Source of the DNA: Octopus sinensis
Lineage: Eukaryota
Reading direction: 5' to 3'
NCBI RefSeq assembly: GCF_006345805.1
Contig: NW_021835995.1
Location: 1 to 64,000 of the forward strand
Length of the DNA stretch: 64,000 nucleotides
Shown here: in pieces, positions 1 to 11,255 of the stretch
Position numbering within the stretch: position 1 is the stretch's first letter
How the letters are laid out: each line of letters opens with the position of its first letter
Position numbers and translations under genes: made by a program
The notes under the pieces: model-generated
Database searches by the model: none
Seen by the model: only the letters and a program-made list of their open reading frames with translations
Told to the model about the DNA's origin: nothing

Positions 1-536
1 TGCCGTTTAAGATTAAATACCAGAACTGATAAAAGAGGGTAGAAAAACACAGGGTCATTCTCCGCACAAATAGCATTGTTTACTGAACAAGTTGCATTTT
101 TATTTTTTATTCAATGTGGCTTAAAATCATTAAATATAAAACGACATAAAAGTAAATGACAATAGCAACAGTATTATCAAGGATCGAGCAGAAATTTTGA
201 CTCAGTTTTGAAATTGCAATTAAAAGGTGCATCTTAAATATTTCAAACACAAAAGTTTTTTAAAATTCTGCAAGGTCTCACTCTTCATGATCTTCTACAC
301 GGAATAAAGCGTCACAAATTCAGAATTCAGTAATGATGCCTATCATCGATAAGACGAACATCTCATCTTCCCTGTCCATAGTTAGCGAAGCGAACAATCA
401 AATACTACTAATCATTCTTCCTATCGTATTTTAATGTCATTTTATATATAATTCTGTGTGGAACAAGAAAAATCTAAATAAGAAGAGAGAGTAATTCTGG
501 CTAGTAGAAAATTAATGAATATACATATATTATATA

Positions 537-568
<32 letters not shown>

Positions 569-596
569 GATATATATAATATAATATATATATCTC

Positions 597-892
597 CTTC
601 ATAGATTTCTTTCACGCTAGAAGGAACAGCTAAACTCCAAACCACTATTAGGGATAAAACTCAAAGGGAATGAAAATAAAAACTTTACCATCTATTTCCT
701 GGACCATGGCTTCTGACGTTTATTTTTAGCAAATAAAACAATGTGCTAGGTGAAGTCTTCATCAACAGGTACGCCTAGATTAAACATATAAGTACGAGAC
801 AAATCCAGCAGGTGCCCTTTTGCCTATACACTATAACTTTCCAAATCCACTGCGCAAGCTGTTCCTTCTAGCGTGAAAGGAATCCTATGAAG
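597..892. repeat. Inverted repeat element, ~35-bp arms (597-631 / 857-892)
   Basis: CTTCATAGATTTCTTTCACGCTAGAAGGAACAGCT vs AGCTGTTCCTTCTAGCGTGAAAGGAATCCTATGAAG. Confidence 0.8.
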
Positions 893-2716
893 CATACCTA
901 ACGGAAACTAAAAGTAAAACTATTAATACGTAAATTAGCGCCGCTGAACATGAAAAATATTGTTATTTCATACTTCCCCGCAAAAACTAGTGAAATTGTT
1001 TCCAGCAAACAGTCGAACTACTATCAAAAATATTCAGTGATAAGATTCCCTATTAAACACTCGATGGGATTGTTGATATCTAGTTTTAAAAAAGAGGATG
1101 AAGATTTTGCCACTATGTCGGGACCGTAAATCGAATGTGCGAAAGTTTAAATTGAAGGAACTAACACCCTGATATGTTTAAATGCCTCATTTTTTGTACA
1201 AAGGTTTATGGAAAACAAAGATGCGGAGATACATGCAAGAAGTCTCAAAAACTTGAACAAACGGACCAAAAATTAACCCTGAAGACAGTTGCAGAGGAGT
1301 GTCAAAGAGTGGTAACTTCCGTCAGGACGTAAAGAAAATCGAAGAGGAGTTCTCAACAAGCTTTATACCGGGAAGGTATAAAAAATGTTAAGACCAAACC
1401 CATGCTACGGATATGGAGCCCTGCGTTTCAGGAAGGATTGTCCTTTCAAAACGCAAAAATGTTACAGTTGCCAAAATGTGGGACACGAGCTCAAATTGCA
1501 GAGCAAAGTTAGGAAGGTCGAGCTTAGAAAATTTCTAAAGTTTTCTCAACGGAAACTTGAAAAAGAAATTAAGAAAAACTGAAAATGCGAACCATGTTTC
1601 ACTCTGCGACTTTGTATTAGTGTACGAACAAAGAGTGGTAGTAGCAACTGCTCTTCAGAAACGGATATTACATGAATTTCATAGCGAACACTCGGAGATG
1701 TCAAGAACGAAAGCTTTGGTGAGGAGTTACGTGTATTGGCCGACAATGGACCGGGATATTGAAAATTTGGTAAAATCATGTAGAAGTTGTGCGCTAGCAG
1801 CCAAGGCACCACCGATGAAATACCAATAGTCCGTGGCCCAGGGTACGTATAGACTACGCTGGACCAGTGAATAGCGCCTACTACTTGATCATTGTTGATA
1901 GCTTTACCACGTTGCCAGAAGTATGTAGGTGCAGTCAACCTACCTCAAAAGCCACTAATAAAGTTCCTGCATGAACTTGATACGCTGTTTCGGACACAAT
2001 AGTATCGGATAGTGGAACACAATTTACAGATACGAGTTCAAAAAATTCTGCAAAATGCATGCATCAAGCTCATTTTTGCACACCCTTCCACCCCCCGGGT
2101 GAAATGGGCAAGCAGAACGATTCGTAGATACTTTCAAGCGAGCGCTACAAAAAGCAAAGAACGAGTTGGGAAATGACGAATCGCTAACTATATTCTTAAT
2201 GGGGTACAGAATAACGCCAAATCCGAATTCCAGTTCAGGCAAGTCACCTGCAGAGCTAATGTTCGCTCAAAAGATTAAATCGATCTTCGACAAATTGTTG
2301 CCAAAGGCAAAAAAAAAAAGAAAAATAAAGAAACCTAATGAGAAAATACAAAACATTCAACTAAACATTTTTATGTCGGAGAGAGAGAGTCCATTTCAAA
2401 GTATACAAGAACGGTAAAGAGAGTTGGCAAGATGGCATAGTGGGCTAAAAGAATTGCAAACCTGATGTTTTTAATAAAAGGTCAGCGATGGGAGTAAAAA
2501 CGACACTTAAATAAATTTTAAATCAGACATACTGAAGAAAGGAAGGAAATTCCAATGGAATGTTTTTACGACATGCTCGATGTGCCAGCACTGAAAGAGA
2601 TTGAGCCTAGAAGGAGCAATCACAAAAAACGTAAATAGACTGAACATTTAGACATAATTCCTAAGCAGAAAAGGTACTGAACTCCCCAGGGAAACAAAAT
2701 TTCAAAAAGGGAAAGG
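893..2716 (+). mobile_element. Degraded Gypsy LTR retrotransposon internal region (gag, integrase; protease/RT/RNase H deleted)
   Basis: Gag-like LLIRKL..EHEKY, zinc knuckle CYSCQNVGH (ORF 1385-1582), integrase HHCC region ILHEFHSEH...RSYVYWPTMDRDIENLVKSCRSC (1557-1829), core NGQAERFVDTFKRAL, GYRITPN..SGKSPAELMF; polypurine tract at 2704-2716. Confidence 0.9.
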
Positions 2717-3081
2717 TGTTGGAAAGAAAGAAAAAGAAGCTAATAATAATAAAAATAAATTTTGTTTCCTACGGAAGTCGAAATCTCGAAAGGAGGGGTG
2801 TTGTGGCGAGAGTCACGACACCTCCAACAAAAATAGACTTGACCGAATGACTATAATAGTAGCGGTCTGAGTGAGAGGCAGAGGGAGTAGGCGTTATTGC
2901 AGGAAGTCTTAAGGTGTCATTTTGATAGTTAGTCGGAATATCGGTTGTTTGGTTTGTGTATAGTTCGTGGAGAGTTTGTTGGATTGTTACGTTGTTGTTA
3001 CCCCGCTTCGTTATATGTTTTATTGTTACTACACGGTTATAGTATAAAATTATCCTCATAAATAGAGGCGATACTACAACA
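2717..3081 (+). mobile_element. Gypsy LTR
   Basis: Starts TGTTG directly after PPT AAAAAGGGAAAGG, ends CAACA; followed by PBS-like TGGCGACGAG (3084-3093). Confidence 0.8.
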
Positions 3082-3159
3082 ATTGGCGACGAGTAACTAC
3101 GTCATAATAGTATGTATGTTATATATATATTATTTTTAAATCCCTCTAAAGGAGACTAC

Positions 3160-3560
3160 GGCAGCAGTACTGGATATTATAGTTATCACCAAGCTAACAT
3201 GGCAGTCCAGAAAAATAGGACGAATGCTGCTGTTGAATAGCTCCCAAGAGGTCATCGCCTCTAGCTAGTTATATGACACACAGACCTGTGACCATTACAA
3301 CCTTCGATCAGGGGAGGTCATCAGCTTCCCCATGCTGGTTCAGACATCCACTGACTAGTTTCAGGGTATTTGCCCCTTATCAATGTGAAGTAGTTGAACC
3401 CAGCAGGCATCACTGTTGGCTGTCTGTTGGAAGATTTAAATCCATGAGTCATTGTTTCTTTAACTCTTCCTCAACCTCTCACAGACCTTTAAGAAAAAAC
3501 CCATGGGCGCTGGCTTTCCTTTTATGAGTTCTCTATTGCAAAACCATTTTTGTTGCTATT
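3160..3560 (+). mobile_element. Highly degraded Gypsy RT-RNase H linker/RNase H remnant
   Basis: Broken-frame similarity by eye: KLTW...LYD...MLVQ, QASLLAVCWKI, PLTDL..GRWLSFYEF; many stops. Confidence 0.4.
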
Positions 3561-3917
3561 TCTTTTCTGGGTGTGTTTTTTATGGAATTTCTCAAATACT
3601 ATTGGGATACGTTAAGACATAAACTTCACTGAGTATGCTTTTTCACCTGGCTGGAGGCCGAAAAAGATGTTTACTGCAGATAATTTAACCAACGTCTATG
3701 CATTACTTTAATAAATATTTCTACAAGCCATATGCGATAGAGAAGACCATATTCAGATAGATATAAAAGGTGAACCTCTACATAATAATTACTGATGTGC
3801 ATTTATCTTTGTATTTGCTTTTTTGAATATGTTTTCTGTTATGCTTTATGAAGTAACACACACAATGGAGAACACTTGAAAGCAGTTACAAAGTTATCAA
3901 TAATGTGTCTCGTCTAG

Positions 3918-4130
3918 GTGGCCAACTGGCAGAACCGTTAGCATGTCGGGCAAAATGCTTAGCAGCATTTCGACAGTTTTTACGTTCTGAGTTCGAATTC
4001 CGCCGAGGTCACCTTACCTTTCATATTTTCGGAGTCGATAAAATAAGTACCAGTTGAACACTGGGGTCGATGTAGTCGACTTAACTCTCCCCGAAATTCC
4101 TCGCCTTGTGCCAAATTTGAATCTAAGAAT
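3918..4130 (+). mobile_element. tRNA-derived SINE family A
   Basis: GTTCTGAGTTC(G/A)AATTCCGCCGAGGTC...GATAAAATAAGTACCAGTT...CTGGGGTCGATGTA motif shared with many copies in window. Confidence 0.85.
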
Positions 4131-4876
4131 TGACTCGTCGTCTCTAATTGACCGTGATTAGCCCCATTCTCTATAATTAATAAAACCGACGTGGTTTTTG
4201 ACAACTTATAGGAACTAGCATAAATTTCAAAAATTACCATGCTACTTTAATAATAATGGTTTTTGATATTAAGTCATAATCTCTATAGTTGGAGGGTGGT
4301 GGTGTAAATTTAGTTAATGTAATTGACGCAGAAAGGATGGAATGCAAAATTAAAAGATTACTTGAATGTAGAGATGTAACCAAATTCTGTGTGGCCATCG
4401 CTCTGCCAAATCCTACTCATTCACACAGTTTAAAATAATTATATATAATTATTTTCTTTTGTAATTATTTCAATCAACAAACAAAATAACAGCTTTTGAA
4501 GCAGCTGTAAGTGAATCTAGACAGATACTTTTGATCCTCAATCAGTTTTTGTAACAATAAGAATTATAGAGTGGGGAAATGCTGTTTAGTAAATATTTTT
4601 TTTGATGTATGTACTGCTATATCAATAAATACATTAGATACATATTTATAGTTTTACTCAATGCTATGAATAATTCTTAGGGATATTTTATGCATGGGTT
4701 AGGTAAATTCTCGTCTGCATGCTAAAATTTACCCTTACTCAAACTGCAAATCACTGAAGATGTCTCAAAAAAGCTAGAGGGAAAACGAGGGAGCTGTTTA
4801 AGTTTTATGACGCAAGTTGTTCAGCTGAACATTTAAAATATATAGTGATTCGTATGTATGTATGTATGTATGTATG

Positions 4877-5177
4877 TTAAACCATTGGTTAAACTATTGG
4901 AGTGAAGGACTCCGAGCCTTTGTTAGGGCATCCTTCTAGGCGAAGGGAACTCGGTAACTGGGATAACTCCGACATAAAACTGCGGCTCAGTGGTTACCGA
5001 CGATGCTGACTTGTTCTTCTTTTCGGATTATGGCTGCTGTTGCTTAGTGAGTGGGATTGGACTCAGTGCACAGCCTTTCCTCACTTAAAAAAAATCTTCT
5101 TGCACAGGCATTACACGATAACAACATTGATTAAGCTTCGTGCAATGGCCATACTCGATAACGAGGGGGCAGCCACC
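4877..5177 (+). mobile_element. Short RTE-like non-autonomous retroelement with (ATGT)n tail
   Basis: High similarity to inverted copy at 20041-20340; (TATG)n on both sides; RTE assignment is inference from UTR-like motifs. Confidence 0.7.
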
Positions 5178-5363
5178 ATGTATGTATGTATGTATGTATG
5201 TATGTATGTATGTATGTATGTATGTATGTATGTACGTACGTATGTATGTATACATGTATATATGTATGTATGTATGCATGTAATATGTATGTATGTATGC
5301 TCGCATGGCAGTATGACTGGCTGAACGGATGGATGTAACCTACATGTACACAAGCATACATCT

Positions 5364-5429
<66 letters not shown>

Positions 5430-6283
5430 CTATTGGCGAGAACAGGAATAACCACTATCGAAAAAGTGTACTCAATACTGGATTAGAGTAAAGGGAAAGG
5501 GACTATCGACATTTTGAATAAACAGCATTTCTTCCTTCACGATACCAGCAGACCATTTTTTCTGCTCCGTCAACAACGCTACTAAATTTATTTCAGCCTG
5601 AAACAATATTTTCAACCAGTTTACAAATGGAAGTTTCAAATCCGAGATTTGTTAATATTTCAACATCCTTTTTCGCTGCAAGTACAGTAACCAGCTCATT
5701 TCAACATCCTGCTTTGTTCAGTGTATAGCTTACCACTGCAAGTCCAGCTTCTCATGATCATCCTCACACCAGCTCAACTTTTGCCACAGCAAGGTTATTG
5801 CTAACTTTCAGCGTTACAGCTTTTGTCATATTGTCATTTTCTTCATATATAAAGTTGCGAGACTTATTTCTCGGCGTACTAAACTTTTTCAGAAGAATTG
5901 TCCAGCATGTACTTTCACAATGCCTTGCGCTACTGTTTTCACCTTCAGTATGCGTCTGCTATATACATATCATGTATATACATATCATGTATATACAATA
6001 TCATGTATATACATATCATGTATATACATAACTTTCCGTCATTTCTCATCGTTGTATTCAATTTCTGTGGACTTTCTAAAACTTGCATGATTTGAATTTG
6101 AACACTTGTATATCGACTGGAATTTTTCCTTAGCTTGCGCATAGTTTGACATTTCTATTGCATGCATTTTTTGTGTAGCGGTAGCTAAATAGTTGAATGA
6201 TCTCCCTTGCAAGAAAGATTTTAGAGTAACCCTTTCTAAGTTTCTCAAAGCATCTGTGTCAAGAGACGTGATTCTTAATTATT

Positions 6284-6527
6284 CAAGACATATACAAAAC
6301 AAGGAATATTCCCCTTCTTCAGTTATCCCTGTTTCATCTACCCCCCGCGTTTTCGAAGGTAAGGACAAGACGCGACTCCGTTGAAACAATCCTTCCCGCA
6401 AATTTTATTTAATTTGCTTTGCGGAAGGACTGTTTCAAAGAAGTCGCGTCTTGTCCTTATCTCGAAACGCGGAGTAGATGAAACAGGATAACTGAAGAAG
6501 GGAATATTCCTTGTGTTGTATGTCTTG
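6284..6527. repeat. Fold-back element, ~120-bp arms with ~16-nt AT loop
   Basis: CAAGACATATACAAAACAAGGAATATTCCCC...CTTCCCGCAAA / TTGCGGAAGG...GGAATATTCCTTGTGTTGTATGTCTTG. Confidence 0.9.
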
Positions 6528-6865
6528 TTTCTCTGTTTAATCGTTGTGTGAAAAAAAGTTCGCTTCTATGTTTTTTTATTTTATGTTTTCGTTTCTCATT
6601 GTGTTCAACGTTTTTTTGATGTCCTGTACCCATATATGCATGTATATATACATATATATGTAGGTATGTACATATGTGTATGTACATATGCATATCTTTA
6701 TATATTACTTATATTATTATATATACATACATATATGTGTGTGTGTATTATAAACACACACACACTCACATACACATATGTATATACATACACGTTGACA
6801 CATAAATACACACACATTTAACCGCTTGCACATACTCACATATATATGCAAATTAATCGTTTCAG

Positions 6866-7274
6866 ATACGTATTTAACTTTCCTTTTCGGCGGTACGTTT
6901 ACAGTTGAAGCTAGAAGTGGATTACACCTGAGAGAAGAGAAGAAACAGGATCTTCTATGCATACCATACTGCAATGTTACCAATGTCACTACTGCAAGTG
7001 TGAGTAAAGGGAAGGACAGTACAATGGCGCTCAGTATGATCATTGGTCTGGTATTTTGTGTAATAATATTCATCTGGGAGCAAGAATCACGATTCCACTG
7101 ATAGTCAAATATCTACGGTACCCACGAAATATACAAGATGTCGATATGTTTTCAGATGCTACAGAATTACACATCATCGAGGAACGACAATCGTTAGGCA
7201 TCAAAGAACCCAATCAAATTCCACCGTTGGCTACAGTCGAAAAGGGTGAAACCTATTTGTTAGCTGCTGCGTAA
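6866..7274 (+). CDS. Probable terminal exon of a single-pass membrane protein (stalk, TM helix, cytoplasmic tail) with one frameshift near 7074-7076
   Basis: In-frame acceptors tttcag|6866 or tttacag|6905; ..LLCIPYCNVTNVTT..MALSMIIGLVFCVIIFI then shifted frame GARITIPLIVKYLRY...ETYLLAAA*; AATAAA at 7417. Confidence 0.6.
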
Positions 7275-7544
7275 CTGTTAACTTTGGGTTTTTTCTACAA
7301 CTAATAAGATGAAATTTTTGCAGAAAATCTTGGTATCGTAAACCGGGGTTTCAAATACTGTTGGTTCTTGTATATACATATGCTTTATCCCATCTGCACT
7401 CTCAAACGTACTTTTAAATAAAATTAAATTTAAATTCACACGGAATATATGCCCCAGAATCGAGAGACGGAAAAAAAACATTTGAATATGCTTCTAGTGG
7501 TATTCTAATCAACTGATTCTTCTTATTATAATTTAGTCAAAAGC

Positions 7545-7760
7545 TACGAGCTGCTAGAATCGTTAGCACGTGGATAAAATGCTTAGTGGCATTTCATCCG
7601 TTTTCACGCTCTGAGTTCAAGTTCAGTCGAGGTCGGCTTTACCTTTTATCCTGTATAGGTCGATGAAAAAGGTGCCAGTTGAACACTGGGGTCAAAGTAA
7701 TTGACTAGCTCCTGCTCCACACAAATTTCGGGCCTTCTGCCTCTAGTAGAAAGGATTATT
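7545..7760 (+). mobile_element. SINE family A
   Basis: Same head/body motifs as 3918-4130. Confidence 0.8.
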
Positions 7761-8299
7761 ATAATTTATTGAGATGGGTGAGGGACAGTTTCCAGGAAAT
7801 GTTTCGGGCCTTCCACACTGGTTAGATCGATGCAACTAATATCCTGCCCGACACATTTTCAGTTCAATATTTGCAGGGAAAAGATGTGCGAGGAAGTAAC
7901 CCGGTGGGGGTGGGGATTTTGTTCAAATACTGCAATAGAGTAAACGCTGTTAAGTCTACCAGAGGACCAATTGCCTCTGTTAACTGACCCTCAACGCACA
8001 TTTTACTACTCCATGAGATAAGAAAGTGACCTTGACAAGTTTTGAAAATCAGAACAGATAAATAAAGTAAATACTGTGATGTACATTAAAAAAAAAGTCT
8101 ACCAGTTCCATCAAAACTGCAACATATGTCTATGTTTGTATGTATATTATGGCCAAAAGAATTCGTTATTTTACATATATATTACAAAAGGGTGTTTAGG
8201 ACGGACGTTTTGTGTAAATCTTTGGCTTTTTAAATACCTTTTTACAATATCTAGTTTGGTACTCCGCAAACTCTCAAACCACTATATTAATGTACTAAA

Positions 8300-8382
8300 A
8301 TGCATTTTCTGCTACTCTGCATCTATTGCTTTTGAGAGTTTTTCCTCCGCCCAGCTTCTTGCCACGAAAAGATTAGTATTGT
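8300..8382 (+). CDS. Candidate first exon (signal-peptide-like) with in-frame TGA
   Basis: MHFLLLCIYCF*EFFLRPASCHEKISI(V); donor GTGAGT at 8383; phase 2 matches exon at 8633. Confidence 0.45.
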
Positions 8383-8632
8383 GTGAGTACTAGACCACAA
8401 AATGTAATGCATAATATTCATAATACACTCTCTCATACACGAGAGTAATATAAGTATACAGAGAATTATATTATATATAAAAACAATATATTTTCGACAA
8501 AATCTATGATCTCAGGAAGGAAAGGGAAACTGTATATTCAAGCAATAAAATATTTGTCACTAAAACATAAAAGGCTTCTGTGTTGTAATTTATAAAAGGT
8601 AAATCTATGTTTATGTAATATTTCAATTTCAG

Positions 8633-8722
8633 TAAGCAGCCGGAGTATATAAACATAGATGACAAACTCATTCGTGCTCTATGTTACAGTTTCACAGATA
8701 GAAATTGTCTGAAACCAAACAG
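8633..8722 (+). CDS. Candidate internal exon (90 nt, phase 2-2)
   Basis: Acceptor tttcaatttcag, donor CAG|gtaaaa, open frame KQPEYINIDDKLIRALCYSFTDRNCLKPN. Confidence 0.6.
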
Positions 8723-8860
8723 GTAAAATTGTCACCTGAAGCGCAACCCAATATTTGAATCTCTGTTCTACAACTTAACGTCTTTGATAGAAACAAACAA
8801 ATAGGACATTATTTACATTGTTTACATTCGACGGATTTTGTCCTCATCTTGTTTGTTGTT

Positions 8861-8906
8861 AACACAACGTTTCGGCTGATATACCCTCCAGCCTTCTTCA
8901 GGTGCC
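8861..8906 (-). ncRNA. Minimal type-I hammerhead ribozyme motif (left arm)
   Basis: GGCAC CTGAAGA A GGCTG GAGGGTATAT CAGCC GAAA CG T T GTGTT; palindromic stem III ACGT. Confidence 0.7.
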
Positions 8907-9150
8907 TTGGGGAAATTTCGAACCTGGGTTCTCATTCCTAAGGTATTCTTCGATGTTGTTATTATTATTATTGTTGTTGTTCAGGTCACTGCTTGGAATC
9001 GAACTCGGAATCTTGGGCTTAGTAGCCTGCGCTCTTAACCACTACACCTTATGCCCGTGGCGTAGTGAAGAGCGCAGGCTACTAACCCCAAGATTCCGAG
9101 TTCGAATCCAAGCAATGACCTGAACAATAATGATGATGATGATAATAATA

Positions 9151-9185
<35 letters not shown>

Positions 9186-9246
9186 TAAAATAATAATACA
9201 TCGAAGAATACCTTAGGAATGAGAACCCAGGTTCGAAATTTCCCAA

Positions 9247-9292
9247 GACACCTGAAGAAGGTTGGAGGGTATATCAGCCGAAACGTTGTGTT
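9247..9292 (+). ncRNA. Minimal type-I hammerhead ribozyme motif (right arm)
   Basis: Stem I GACAC/GTGTT, core CTGAAGA 9252-9258, stem II GGTTG/CAGCC, GAAA 9280-9283, palindromic stem III ACGT, GUU triplet. Confidence 0.7.
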
Positions 9293-9359
9293 AACAACAA
9301 ACAAGATGAGGACAAATATCCGTCGAATGTAAATAATGTCCTATTTGTTTGTTTCTTAT

Positions 9360-9672
9360 AAATCGACCCCAGGACTTATTTTTTAATACCTAGTGCTTAT
9401 TCTATCGGTCTCTGATGCCGAACCGCTAGTTTACGGAAAGTTAGACACACCAACACCGGTTGTCAAGCGGTAGTGGGTGACAAAAGCATAGAAAGAAGAT
9501 ACACACACATAGATATACGATGGGCTTCTTTCAATTTCCGTCTACTAAGTTCACTCACGAGGCTTGGGTCGGTCTGAGGCTATAGTAGAAGATACTTGCA
9601 CAAAGTGTCACGCAGTGAGTCTGAATCCGAAATCATGTGGTTAAGAAGTAAGCTTCTTACCACACAGCTTCT
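9360..9672 (-). mobile_element. tRNA-headed CORE-like SINE family B
   Basis: Reverse complement of family-B sequence at 15022-15440 (CTTGGGCAAGTGTCTTCTACTATAGCC core, degraded here). Confidence 0.8.
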
Positions 9673-10186
9673 AATGGGTTGCAACTTTACTTTGGTCTCG
9701 CCATCACCATGGAAGTGTATAAGCTCTGGGCTCTTTACCAATACAAAATGTTTCCTGGTTAATTTAGAATTCATTTCCTTAAAATGCTAACGGTAAATTC
9801 AGGCTGTTACTCTTTCTCTTGGCTGTAGAAACGAATAATGGTTGATTCCTTGACAGTATCACCAAAGAGTAACTCTAACTTTTGGGAGCATAAAGGGGTT
9901 TTTGAAACGCGACTCTTCAGCTGCTCGCTCTTCAGGTAACTCTTCAGCTCCTAGCCATTATGAAGAGATTTTGCTGTTGTCATAAAATACCCATATTTAG
10001 TCACAAGTGATTTTTCTTTTCGAAAACGGTCTCCTTTCGATTCGCCCAAGAAGGAAAGAACGGACGGTCAAACGATGCATCTTGTTTTGCAGCACTTATT
10101 TCACGCGGAACAAATTTATCTTTTTCCACTTTCATTGTAAGCTGATGCCTTCCTGATGATTGTAGTATGGTCATATATATATATAT

Positions 10187-10272
<86 letters not shown>

Positions 10273-10449
10273 TTAGTTTTTGTGTTTTAGTTATTGTGCG
10301 TTAATCTATACATTAGCATATCTAATTACTAGACGTACACACACACACACACATATATATAATATATAAACACTTATAAATGCTTATAAGTATAACACCA
10401 TACTTATACTTATTTTTCTTTTTATTTATTTATTTATTTATTCGTGAGC

Positions 10450-10950
10450 GTGGAGTCATCGACCTACACTGGTCCTGGCAGGAGGATTGCTAAGTTCATT
10501 GCTACAACCTCTTCTTTCTTGACTCACAATAAGATTCACATACAGTAAATATACAGCTACTGAATAGGCTTTCGATTGAAGTTGAATCTGTCTTACAAGA
10601 TTGTCAACGTCAAAAGAAGTCAACCTTGTGACACAGCAATAATATCCTATTACATTATACTAGCAAATCTATCCATCTACGATGAAGGCATAAAATGAGG
10701 GAGGGAAGTCACACCAACAGTATGTATTGAGAAATGCGTAAATGGACTTGATAGATTACTGAGTGATGTCTTAGAGAAATCACCTTATTGTTGGTGATAC
10801 AGCGTTCTATTGAAGCTATATGACCTGTGTTTGCGACTAAGTGATGTGTGATGACGATTCACTCCCGAACTGAAATAGGTTCCCAGCCTCTGTATCATGA
10901 GTGATTATGTGAACCACTCCTAACGAAGGCCAGAGCTTCTTTCGACCACT
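10450..10950 (+). mobile_element. Possible degraded CR1-like LINE 3' end
   Basis: NGLDRLLSDVLEKSP resembles the C-terminal RSLDRFLQGIPDKPP of the CR1 copy at ~54940-54990. Confidence 0.3.
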
Positions 10951-11065
10951 ATTTTTATCTTAGTTGTTTACACTATTTTACGCTTGTTTATACTCTTATA
11001 CATTCAAAGTCCACAAATTTCCTTATTTCAAAATAATATTCTAAGAGTATTTATTTCTTGCTTTA

Positions 11066-11255
11066 CCGTATTTTCGGCAGACAAGTCGACGTAGTTTTCA
11101 CGGTGCATGCATGTCGTGTAAACGTTCAAACAACGCCACTGTCTTTCCTAAGCCTGGCGTATTTCACATGGAATATTGGTTCTCGAAAGTCGTCCTCGTG
11201 TATAAGTCGACCTGCCTTTTACTGGCTGTAAATTTCTGTCTGAAAAATATGTCAG
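11066..11255 (+). mobile_element. Partial Tigger/pogo-type MITE
   Basis: TA|CCGTATTTTCGGC terminus and internal TATAAGTCGAC motifs; other TIR not found. Confidence 0.45.

Larger units (their letters stand above)
8789..9356. mobile_element. Head-to-head palindromic tRNA-derived SINE with Penelope-type tails
   Basis: Arms mirror around ~9057; each has A box (TGGCGTAGTG(G)), B box (GTTCGA(T/A)TCC), (AAT)n and CTGAAGAAGG..GCCGAAACGTT tail. Confidence 0.85.

Noticed and set aside
6455-6510. GAAAC...CTGAAGA as a type-II hammerhead (also 42450-42495 minus)
   Set aside because: Stem I cannot be paired by eye; kept only as a conserved motif.
8333-8335. Selenocysteine reading of the in-frame TGA
   Set aside because: It lies in a signal-peptide-like segment and no SECIS can be located; nonsense change or base error is simpler.
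9057-9125. tRNA-like sequences here and at 20856, 33260, 51251, 58052, 61230
   Set aside because: A/B boxes present but acceptor stems do not close and each continues into a repeat body; SINE heads, not tRNA genes.
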